DNA of 64,000 bases from assembly GCA_034110565.1 (NCBI GenBank), contig JAWUYY010000033.1:11374-75373 (forward strand). The letters run 5' to 3'. The first letter of the stretch is position 1. Every line of letters starts with the position of its first letter. The notes beneath the pieces were generated by a model, which saw only the letters and a list, made by a program, of their open reading frames with translations, did no database searches and had not been told where the DNA came from. Origin of the DNA: Bermanella sp. Its GTDB lineage: Bacteria; Pseudomonadota; Gammaproteobacteria; Pseudomonadales; Oceanobacteraceae. Both the position numbers and the translations under genes were made by a program. This document shows positions 1-7,381 of the stretch, in pieces.

Positions 1-515
1 CCGCCATCGAGATGAAGTCTAATGTAGAACCTTCAAAATCAAAAAGCCTACACACTTTCTTGCCTATTTTAAAATATTCATCCTCTACAGAAGAATCGAT
101 GAAACTTAACCAAGTAGACAGTGGGGCCATTATTATTGCTGGTAGTGGTATGTGTAATGGTGGGAGAATTAGACATCACCTGAAACATAATTTATGGCGT
201 AAGCAATCTCATGTTGTATTTGTTGGTTTTCAGGCCATGGGTACGCCAGGTCGAACGTTAGTGGACGGTGCGACACATATGAAAATTGTGGGTGAAGATA
301 TCAAGGTGAGAGCTCAAATACACACGCTTGGTGGGTTTTCTGCTCATGCAAGCCAAACCCAATTAATACAATGGTTAAATTCTTTTACAGCTAGAAAACC
401 AAAACTATTTCTTGTTCACGGTGAAGCGAATGCTAAAGTTGCACTACAAGAAGCCGTAAAACAAACAGGCTGGTCAGCTACTATTCCTACGTTAGATCAG
501 ACAATTACTTTTTAA
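1..515 (+). CDS. MBL-fold metallo-hydrolase/beta-CASP ribonuclease, C-terminal part (5' truncated by window)
   Basis: AGSGMCNGGRIRHHL, VGFQAMGT.GR, GFSAHA and LVHGE motifs of beta-CASP/RMMBL domains; the frame is open to the window edge. Confidence 0.85.
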   Translation, partial: AIEMKSNVEPSKSKSLHTFLPILKYSSSTEESMKLNQVDSGAIIIAGSGMCNGGRIRHHLKHNLWRKQSHVVFVGFQAMGTPGRTLVDGATHMKIVGEDIKVRAQIHTLGGFSAHASQTQLIQWLNSFTARKPKLFLVHGEANAKVALQEAVKQTGWSATIPTLDQTITF

Positions 516-526
516 ATGATGAGTAT

Positions 527-1399
527 ATGAGTAATAAAAAAACACCTTCATGCATCTTTCCAACGGCAGCGGAAGACTTACAACATGCTTGTCAGTCAGA
601 GACGACAAGCAATTCTTATCGCTTAGCTTATAGTGATGATCAGTTTTTATTAAGAGATGACCTAAGAGCGGTTCGGTTACAGCTTGAATGGCTTAAGCCC
701 GATTTGATTCAAGAAGAGCAGGGCATTGAGTCAACTGTGGTTATTTTTGGTGGTGCACGATTTATAGAGAGAGAAAAGGCGCTTGCAGCGCTTAACCTTG
801 CTAAAGATGCTTTGGCTCAGTCGCCAAAAGATCCTCAGGTTTTGCACGCTTATAGTAAAGCAGAAAAGTTAGTTAAAAATAGTCGATACTATGAAGATGC
901 TCAGGCTCTGTCTAAAAAAATCACCGATAAATCTCTGGAAAATGGCGGCAATGAATATGTGATAGTAACAGGTGGCGGGCCAGGTGTAATGGAAGCTGCA
1001 AACCGAGGTGCTTATGATGTTGGCGGCAAAAGTATTGGCTTAAATATTGTTTTACCATTTGAACAAAGGCCAAACCAATATATTACGCCAGAACTAAGCT
1101 TTCAATTTCATTATTTTGCGTTACGTAAAATGCATTTTTTAAAACGGGCCGTAGCTTTAATTGCCTACCCTGGTGGTTTCGGCACGCTTGATGAGCTATT
1201 CGAAACATTAACCCTAGTTCAAACAAAAAAAATAAAGCGCTTACCTATTATATTATTAGGCAAAGAATATTGGCAGAGGTTAATTGATTTTACATTTTTA
1301 GTCGAAGAAGGCGCCATTAAAGAAGAAGACATCGACTTATTTGAAATAGTGGATAGTGCTGATGAAGCTTGGGCAATACTAGAATCCAGTTGGCATTAA
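527..1399 (+). CDS. LOG/SLOG family nucleotide phosphoribohydrolase (TIGR00730-like)
   Basis: TGGGPGVMEAANRGA, RKMHF and PGGFGTLDELFE motifs. Confidence 0.9.
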   Translation: MSNKKTPSCIFPTAAEDLQHACQSETTSNSYRLAYSDDQFLLRDDLRAVRLQLEWLKPDLIQEEQGIESTVVIFGGARFIEREKALAALNLAKDALAQSPKDPQVLHAYSKAEKLVKNSRYYEDAQALSKKITDKSLENGGNEYVIVTGGGPGVMEAANRGAYDVGGKSIGLNIVLPFEQRPNQYITPELSFQFHYFALRKMHFLKRAVALIAYPGGFGTLDELFETLTLVQTKKIKRLPIILLGKEYWQRLIDFTFLVEEGAIKEEDIDLFEIVDSADEAWAILESSWH

Positions 1400-1618
1400 A
1401 ATTTCATATTTGGGCGATTGTTTGAATACTGGATGTTAGCTGTGAGAGGAATTCAATATCATCACCAAACTAAGTGTTTTGTTTAAGATGTCACCTATAC
1501 TTATGATGGTCGAATGAAATACATCGCTGCGGTTTAACTAGGGTTACGCAGTCATTTTTTCATTAATGATTTATATGCAGACTCTCGCTTATCAAATTTG
1601 CATATTGAGGGCTAGTTT

Positions 1619-2014
1619 ATGAATAAAAATGAATATGCACACGGTGATGTTGAAATATTAATAGATGATCACATCATAATAGTACGTTTGTCTGGCATGT
1701 TTAATGAGTTAGGTGTCAAAAAATTCACAGATGCTATTAAGGAGTTTGTAAGTAATCTAAATGGTGATTCATTCGCAGTTTTAATTAATGATTTGAAATT
1801 AGATGGTGGTACACCAGAAGCTTACGCTGAATTAGAAGATTATAATCAATGGTTGAATACTCAAAAATTATTGGCTAAAGCAATGGTGATTGATTCAGCC
1901 ACCAATAAACATATAATTAATGCATTATCCCCTTCTCTATCAGCTCAAAATATTGAATATTTTTTAACGGAAGATGCCGCGATTAACTGGTTGAAAAGTG
2001 AATTAGATAAGTAG
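1619..2014 (+). CDS. Hypothetical protein, STAS/SpoIIAA-like fold
   Basis: 131 aa, GAGG RBS, ends with F..EDAAINWL typical of SpoIIAA-like proteins; AT-rich. Confidence 0.55.
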   Translation: MNKNEYAHGDVEILIDDHIIIVRLSGMFNELGVKKFTDAIKEFVSNLNGDSFAVLINDLKLDGGTPEAYAELEDYNQWLNTQKLLAKAMVIDSATNKHIINALSPSLSAQNIEYFLTEDAAINWLKSELDK

Positions 2015-2168
2015 TTTTTTAGTTATTTAAACTAACACAGTAGCTATATAGGTCTGGGGTTTTTTATAGAAGAAAGCCTGATCTGGTAAATAAGTTAAGG
2101 ATCTAACGGTGCATCAAATATTACCTTTTGGTAATGATTTGATGGAGATGCAGTGAGCCGAGCATCTG

Positions 2169-2195
2169 TATTCGACTAAGACTCTTAGTCGAATA
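2169..2195. repeat. Perfect 13-bp inverted repeat with 1-nt spacer
   Basis: TATTCGACTAAGA-C-TCTTAGTCGAATA. Confidence 0.9.
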
Positions 2196-2200
2196 TATAC

Positions 2201-2239
2201 AAAAAAGCCCAGTACCTATAAATAGGCCTGGGCTTTTTT
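2201..2239. terminator. Intrinsic terminator downstream of the distal att site
   Basis: AAAAAAGCCCAG...CTGGGCTTTTTT hairpin with A/T tracts on both sides. Confidence 0.75.
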
Positions 2240-2323
2240 GATGGCTTTCGATGGTCTGAAAGCCTGATCTTGGATATGAGTTAAGGATCTAACTCTGTAT
2301 CAAATATTACCTTTCGGTAAAAA

Positions 2324-2341
2324 TTTGGTGGGACGGCGGGG
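2324..2341 (-). repeat. Distal att site: copy of the ssrA 3' end with a 1-nt deletion
   Basis: Matches 6688-6706 except for the missing base corresponding to 6696. Confidence 0.9.
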
Positions 2342-2356
2342 ATGCTGTACTGCTCT

Positions 2357-2369
2357 CAACCCCTTGATT
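2357..2369 (-). promoter_or_regulatory. IHF site in the att arm
   Basis: AATCAAGGGGTTG fits WATCAANNNNTTR; lies between the att core and the arm repeats. Confidence 0.65.
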
Positions 2370-2398
2370 TTACTGATATCAGTAAGGTGATATTTTTT

Positions 2399-2422
2399 TA
2401 GTGTTACTAATAGTGTTACTAA
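2399..2422 (+). repeat. Integrase arm-type sites (2 x TAGTGTTACTAA)
   Basis: Exact tandem 12-mers; related copies at 6527-6538 (inverted) and 6555-6578. Confidence 0.8.
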
Positions 2423-2431
2423 AGCTGACTC

Positions 2432-2911
2432 CTAGTTACTGCCTGCCTGAGCGATATCAATAGCCAATACGGCCTTATTTCTAAACTCGAGTGGTGAATC
2501 AATTCCCAAAATAGGGTTTTTCACGCCACCTGTACCGCTAATAGTAATTGTACCAAATCCAAGTATTCGCCCTAGTATGGATTGATTAACAGCAAAGCTC
2601 TCGACTTTGCTGTGATTAAGTTCAATGGTATTTCTTTTTATCAGCCCAGTTTTTGCGATTATGCGTTTGTTTGTTATAGCCAACTCAGTTGATATCTTGT
2701 AAATAAAGGCTTTTAAAGCTAACCAAATACTGAAAATTATTAATATATTGGCTATTACTTTGGCACCTTTTTCGCTATCTACAGTAGCGGTGACATGAAG
2801 TAATGTTGCAACTACAAGGCAAGCAATACTTGGAAAAAATATGGCCCAGTGTATTTTTGCTTGGTAGGTTATGCCTTCTCCGGCCATCAGATTATTATTT
2901 ACGTAGCTCAT
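2432..2911 (-). CDS. Membrane protein with bacterial PH (bPH_2/YdbS-like) domain, island cargo
   Basis: Two TM segments followed by ELAITNKRII.KTG...VES..V.QS.LGRILGFGTI.I. Confidence 0.8.
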   Translation of the reverse strand: MSYVNNNLMAGEGITYQAKIHWAIFFPSIACLVVATLLHVTATVDSEKGAKVIANILIIFSIWLALKAFIYKISTELAITNKRIIAKTGLIKRNTIELNHSKVESFAVNQSILGRILGFGTITISGTGGVKNPILGIDSPLEFRNKAVLAIDIAQAGSN

Positions 2912-2990
2912 TTTAGCTTCCTTGTTTGATCAAATATAACTTGTAGTTTTGAGGTAATCATAAGGCAATGGCTTAATCATGGGTAGTTAA

Positions 2991-3560
2991 TCATTTTGGT
3001 TTAAGCCGACTAGAGCCATAGTTCTTAGCTTGAGGAGGCTTGTAGCCCTTACCACGACCTTTAGCTAGGTAGGATATATGGTAAATAGGGTCTTGGAATG
3101 TTTCCGGCTTTTCTCTATGTAGCATGTGAAAGCATGTAGGCTGAGGGAAGTGAATCCCCCCATCATGCTGGACTGTCCAATACCACCGAATTTTCTCGAT
3201 AACTTTATGTGATTTCTGAACTTTATTTCCATCGACCAAAATAAAGCAGTGATAGTGCTGCCTCTTAGCTTTCTCTTGTTCCCTTACCCATAAGTATGAA
3301 ACTCGCTTTAATTTATACTCCCTTTTTATGGACTCCGATAATAGCTTAAAAAGCACTGTTACTGCTTTGCTGTCATCGGTGTAGTCTGGCTGGTTTAGGT
3401 CAAAACGAATAAGCAATACTTTGTTGTGGTAACTGAGCATGGCTTCTATCTGGGCTAACATCTTTTTGAGTATGTTTGTATACAGTCCTGAAGCTTTGCT
3501 GTTTACCCAAAGGGTATGCCCCATAAATTCGGTAATATGAGAGTGGCTAATGTAACTCAT
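2991..3560 (-). CDS. YagK/YfjJ (Inovirus Gp2-like) protein, putative HUH endonuclease
   Basis: LLIRFDL, YLWVRE, QHYHCFILVDG (HUH) and ISYLAK (YxxK) motifs. Confidence 0.8.
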   Translation of the reverse strand: MSYISHSHITEFMGHTLWVNSKASGLYTNILKKMLAQIEAMLSYHNKVLLIRFDLNQPDYTDDSKAVTVLFKLLSESIKREYKLKRVSYLWVREQEKAKRQHYHCFILVDGNKVQKSHKVIEKIRWYWTVQHDGGIHFPQPTCFHMLHREKPETFQDPIYHISYLAKGRGKGYKPPQAKNYGSSRLKPK

Positions 3561-3925
3561 AGGTTAGCCAGAATGGTTCTCGGACATATATGGCTTAGGA
3601 GTAAGAGAGGCATTAAAAAGCAGATAGATAATATTAAATACCTAGCTAAAAGTGACTGGCCAATAGCTTTCGATACCCCGTGATGTCTGGGGTTAGGTTG
3701 ATTTATGTCTCGTATTTCGCCCGTAAAAACCCTGAAATAGTGTCCATTAAGGCTTAGGGGTTTTATCCATTGGGCTGAGTAGTTAGGGACAACTAACTTT
3801 AAGTGGTTAGGTTTTGATTTAATGATCATTCGAGGATAGTATTCTTGGGCTGGTGGATGACTTTTAGCGGAGACAATCCACCAGCAGTGAATGGATAGCT
3901 CTTATTTAGTTGAACTAGATAAGAG

Positions 3926-4339
3926 CTATTTTTTTAGGTCAAACTCAAGCTGTACTTCGGCCTCAAATTTTTCCTGAGTAATCCTAAGTTTGATTAATGC
4001 CCTAGACCGTCTGCGAGCTTCCCTTTCACTTTGCTTGTAAGACTTTTCATTGTATTTAAGCTCAGCTTCAATCCTTGCTTGCCTATCAAGTTCGGGGATG
4101 CCTGATAAGTGGCGCTCGTCTAGTTGATAGCGGCCTTTCTTATCGCCCGTGTTATGAATGAGCCAAAACCCATAGTCTTTCCTTAGTGACTGTATGGCTG
4201 ATCTAGGATCAGCTTCTAAGGCTGTCATAAGTTCTAGACTAGAGTGATCTTGGCCGTCCCATAAAATGTCCAGTAATCGTCTAGCTTGAGTGTTTAGGGT
4301 GGGGATATACCTTAGGGTAATGTTAGTGTACTTATCCAT
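3926..4339 (-). CDS. Hypothetical protein, probable winged-HTH DNA-binding protein
   Basis: RLLDILWDG..HSSLEL..AL...PRSAIQSLR helix pattern plus wing; overlaps the alpA stop. Confidence 0.55.
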   Translation of the reverse strand: MDKYTNITLRYIPTLNTQARRLLDILWDGQDHSSLELMTALEADPRSAIQSLRKDYGFWLIHNTGDKKGRYQLDERHLSGIPELDRQARIEAELKYNEKSYKQSEREARRRSRALIKLRITQEKFEAEVQLEFDLKK

Positions 4340-4598
4340 TGATTAGACCTCCCATAGCTTTACGGGCTTCAATCAATTTATGAACAAGCTGTTTAATTTC
4401 GTTGTTCTCACGGCTTGAAACGAGGGCTGACAAAACGGCTTGAATTTCCGTTTCAAGCCAGCCACATGCTCGACCACCTAGATTAATAGATGGCGGCAAT
4501 AGACCTGCTTGAATCCGGTTGAATAGGGTGGACTTGGATATACCAAGGGTAGCTAGTACTTCGGGTTTACGGATGATACGAGGTTGATTGGGTGTCAT
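4332..4598 (-). CDS. alpA: AlpA family excisionase/regulator
   Basis: RIIRKPEV...LGISKSTLF..I..G.LP.SINLGGRACGW.E.EI. Confidence 0.9.
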   Translation of the reverse strand: MTPNQPRIIRKPEVLATLGISKSTLFNRIQAGLLPPSINLGGRACGWLETEIQAVLSALVSSRENNEIKQLVHKLIEARKAMGGLING

Positions 4599-4679
4599 TT
4601 ACTATCTCCTACTGGTTGAAGGTGATAGCTATTGTTCGATATTGGACGCTATATAGCAGGGACAAATAGCATTAAATTT

Positions 4680-5303
4680 TTATCGTTTTTGTCCCCACTC
4701 ATCGCCCTCATCTTTTGTTCTTTGGTATTGTGCCCTTGCCAACTCAGAATCCTCTTCGTTTCCAAAAAGGCATATGCTCAAGTATTTACAAAATTTACTT
4801 TCGTCAGATTTTATTTTAGGTTGCTTTGTTGAGTTCCAGTAGACTTCTAGTTCTCGAATCAAGTGGTAATTTTTTGAGTTATTGTTAGTTGCGTAATAGT
4901 GAACAGAATCATCTATAACTTCAAAGCCGTTTACTATATTACTTTTTTTTAGTGAATTTAAATATAACTCAATTGAAATCTCAGTGAGTTTGAGAGAATC
5001 CTCTATGCTTTCATCACGGTTAGTTTTATAACCTAAGCTAACTAGTCTTTGCAGTCTTATTTTTTGATCAATTTTCTCGAATGATTCTGGATGGTCTCGC
5101 TTCATTATTAATAGCGTTCTTTGGAAGTCTAATAATTGCTTTAAAGCTTTTTCGGCAAGCGTTCGCCTCGCCTTTATTGACCCCTTATGGCTAATGATGG
5201 TTTCCCATATTTGATTAGCTTGCCAGTCAGGAAACCACTCTTGAAGCTTAAGGATGGTTTGCTCTTTGTTTAGCCTGACTCTATCTACATTACTTCTAGC
5301 CAT
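4680..5303 (-). CDS. Hypothetical protein (island), coupled to the integrase gene
   Basis: 207-aa AT-rich ORF with an 8-bp overlap of the integrase stop; no recognised motif. Confidence 0.7.
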   Translation of the reverse strand: MARSNVDRVRLNKEQTILKLQEWFPDWQANQIWETIISHKGSIKARRTLAEKALKQLLDFQRTLLIMKRDHPESFEKIDQKIRLQRLVSLGYKTNRDESIEDSLKLTEISIELYLNSLKKSNIVNGFEVIDDSVHYYATNNNSKNYHLIRELEVYWNSTKQPKIKSDESKFCKYLSICLFGNEEDSELARAQYQRTKDEGDEWGQKR

Positions 5304-6525
5304 GAACTATCCTTGTCACATTATCTATATTGTTGTCGTTATTTGAAATTTTTTGGCTCCACCAAGCCATCATAATTCTACGTCTCTCAACGTATTCAGC
5401 GCGATTATAAGCGGCCCTGACTTCGTTCTTATCCACATGAGCCAGTGCTGCCTCAATCACATCATGGTCAAAGCCTGCTTCGTTTAGCGTGGTGCTGGCC
5501 AGTGCGCGCATACCATGGGCTACCATCTTATCTTTGTAGCCGTGACGCTTTAGTACCGTGTTTGCGGTGCTTTCGTTGAGGTGCCCGCTCTTGGTTCTGT
5601 TAGAGTGGAATACATGCTCATAGTGTCCTGTAAGGGGCTTGATTCCTTCAAGAATGGCGATAGTTTCATCTGTTAATGGCACTGTATGAGCTTTCTTTTT
5701 CTTCATTCTTTCTGCTGGGATATGCCAAAGCTTGTTTTCAAAATCTATTTCGTCCCAACGAGTGCCAGCGGCCTCACTGGGCCTAACCATGGTATGAAGT
5801 TGCCAGAATATAAGAGCGCGAGTTAAAGGCTGTATATCTGCGTTTTTAATGGTGCCAGTGAACATACATAAATCATCAGGCCTGATAGTTGGGTAATGAG
5901 TTTTACTGGGTGCTTTAAAGGCTTTGGTGATGCCCGTTAGTGGGTTGATCTCACATAGCCCAGTATTAACGGCATAATTCATCACTTCATTGATACGCTG
6001 GCAAAGTCGTTTAACTAGATCATGATTGCCGTTTTGGTGTATGGGTTGGTAAGCGTCTATGACCATCGAAGCTTTGAGCTTGTGGATAGGGTATTTCCCT
6101 AGTTTGGGGAATACGTGGAGTTCAAAAGAGCGGTATATATCATTGGCATGGTCGAGGCTAACTTGGCTTTTCTTAACTTCCCGCCAATTATCCGTGACAA
6201 ATTTTAAGGTGTTTTCATGAGCCGCCTTTTGTTGTTGCTGGTGGCTGCTTTTATGCTCTTTAGGGTCTATGTCGCGGGCTAGTAATTCTCTCGCCTCTGA
6301 TCTTAGCTCTCTTGCTCTGGCAAGGCTGACATCAGGGTAAGTGCCAAAGCCTAAATTGGTACGTTTATCTACATAGGGGCGGGTGTAGTTAAATAGCCAA
6401 AGCTTGGAGCCATTGGGCTTGATTCTGAGCATTAAGCCGTTGCCATCAGCGAGATTGTATTCTTTCTCTTTGGGCTTAGCTTGCTTGATCTGCTTATCGG
6501 TAAGCGGTTTGGTTAATCTGGCCAT
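5296..6525 (-). CDS. P4-family tyrosine integrase with arm-binding domain
   Basis: N-terminal L.DG.GL.L.I.P.GSK.W arm domain; catalytic R (VRPSE), K, HGMR, LAH and Y (AAYNR). Confidence 0.95.
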   Translation of the reverse strand: MARLTKPLTDKQIKQAKPKEKEYNLADGNGLMLRIKPNGSKLWLFNYTRPYVDKRTNLGFGTYPDVSLARARELRSEARELLARDIDPKEHKSSHQQQQKAAHENTLKFVTDNWREVKKSQVSLDHANDIYRSFELHVFPKLGKYPIHKLKASMVIDAYQPIHQNGNHDLVKRLCQRINEVMNYAVNTGLCEINPLTGITKAFKAPSKTHYPTIRPDDLCMFTGTIKNADIQPLTRALIFWQLHTMVRPSEAAGTRWDEIDFENKLWHIPAERMKKKKAHTVPLTDETIAILEGIKPLTGHYEHVFHSNRTKSGHLNESTANTVLKRHGYKDKMVAHGMRALASTTLNEAGFDHDVIEAALAHVDKNEVRAAYNRAEYVERRRIMMAWWSQKISNNDNNIDNVTRIVHG

Positions 6526-6526
6526 T

Positions 6527-6578
6527 TTAGTAACACTAAGTCCGTTTAAATTAGTGGTGTTACTAAGAGTGTTACTTA
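6527..6578. repeat. Integrase arm-type sites over the int start region
   Basis: TTAGTAACACTA (6527-6538, inverted), TGGTGTTACTAA (6555-6566), GAGTGTTACTTA (6567-6578). Confidence 0.75.
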
Positions 6579-6621
6579 AAATCGTGGATGTTACAAGATT
6601 CTATGGGATGGTAATGGATAC

Positions 6622-6658
6622 AAAAAACCCGCTAAACCTAATGATTTAGCGGGTCTTT
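6622..6658 (-). terminator. Element-supplied terminator for ssrA
   Basis: Minus strand ACCCGCTAAA-loop-TTTAGCGGGT then a T run, about 30 nt after the tmRNA CCA. Confidence 0.8.
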
Positions 6659-6689
6659 GATGGTTTTAGATGTTCTTAAAACCTGATTT

Positions 6690-7046
6690 TGGTGGAGACG
6701 GCGGGGTTCGAACCCGCGTCCGCCAACACTCCCCTATCGGTTCTACATGTTTATTCTCTCTACTAGTTTAGCCCATCACCGCCCGAGAGACAGGGTGCTT
6801 AGGGTGAGCCTAATACTATTTAGCAGTTTGGCCTTAGGCGAGCCTCCCGTGCGAGCTTATTCTGCGATGCTCTCGTTGTCTGTTTATAAGCATCCAGACG
6901 CGGAGATTAGCGGCAATTAAGCCGCTAGTGCGTAGTTTTCGTCGTTTGCGACTATTAAAATGTACAACGGGGATTTAGGTGATCGTTATACCCTCACCAC
7001 ATGCACCTAAAGCTTCATCATCGGCGTCGAATCCAAAATCGTCCCC
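6690..7046 (-). ncRNA. ssrA: tmRNA; tag peptide (A)NDENYALAA at 6949-6917
   Basis: 5' GGGGACG pairs with 3' CGTCTCC-ACCA including G3-U; T arm GGGTTCGAACCC; reading frame GCA AAC GAC GAA AAC TAC GCA CTA GCG GCT TAA; smpB nearby. Confidence 0.98.
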
Positions 7047-7067
7047 AAAAGCTTTTTGGTTGCCTCA

Positions 7068-7096
7068 ATTGTATGCTTGCCCGTGTATGAATACAA
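7068..7096 (-). promoter_or_regulatory. sigma70 promoter of ssrA
   Basis: TTGTAT-N17-TACAAT. Confidence 0.65.
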
Positions 7097-7381
7097 GGTA
7101 AGAAAATGAATCTGATGTTGTGAGTTTGGGGTTCGCAAGGTTTTGATGGAAGTAAGGGCCGGGCTAATAATAGAGGTAAAACGCTAGCATCTAGTAGGTA
7201 TATGTAAGCTCTTTGGCTGTAAAAAGAACAGTATTAATGGCTATTTCACAGAAGCGGCTTATTCCTCCTATTTATTACAAAAAAGTTACTGATTTACGTG
7301 GCAGGCTTCTATAGAATGCCGCCTTTTTATTTGACTGCTTGGTCAAATAACCCCGATTTTCACACATATATTGGTAATTAT

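Larger units (their letters stand above)
2072..2331. repeat. Two 74-bp direct repeats (2072-2145, 2258-2331), relic ssrA 3'-trailer/att units
   Basis: 63/74 identical in an ungapped hand alignment; each ends in TTTG(A/G)TGG, the reverse complement of the tmRNA CCA end. Confidence 0.85.
2324..6706 (-). mobile_element. ~4.4-kb integrative element (CP4-57-like minimal island) inserted in the ssrA 3' end
   Basis: Bounded by TTTGGTGG-GACGGCGGGG (2324-2341) and TTTGGTGGAGACGGCGGGG (6688-6706, tmRNA 3' end); encodes tyrosine integrase and AlpA; matching arm repeats at both ends. Confidence 0.92.

Noticed and set aside
2072-2331. CRISPR or integron attC array
   Set aside because: Only two long imperfect units, no cas or intI gene; better explained as ssrA trailer/att relics.
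3557-3829. 90-aa ORF inside the island
   Set aside because: No recognisable motif and it overlaps the repeat-rich region; probably non-coding, though not excluded.
6404-6649. 81-aa ORF antisense to the int start
   Set aside because: Shadow ORF across the arm sites and terminator.
2324-6706. Classification as a prophage, P4 satellite, PICI or PICMI
   Set aside because: No structural, packaging-interference or primase/helicase genes are recognisable, and it is not next to fis.
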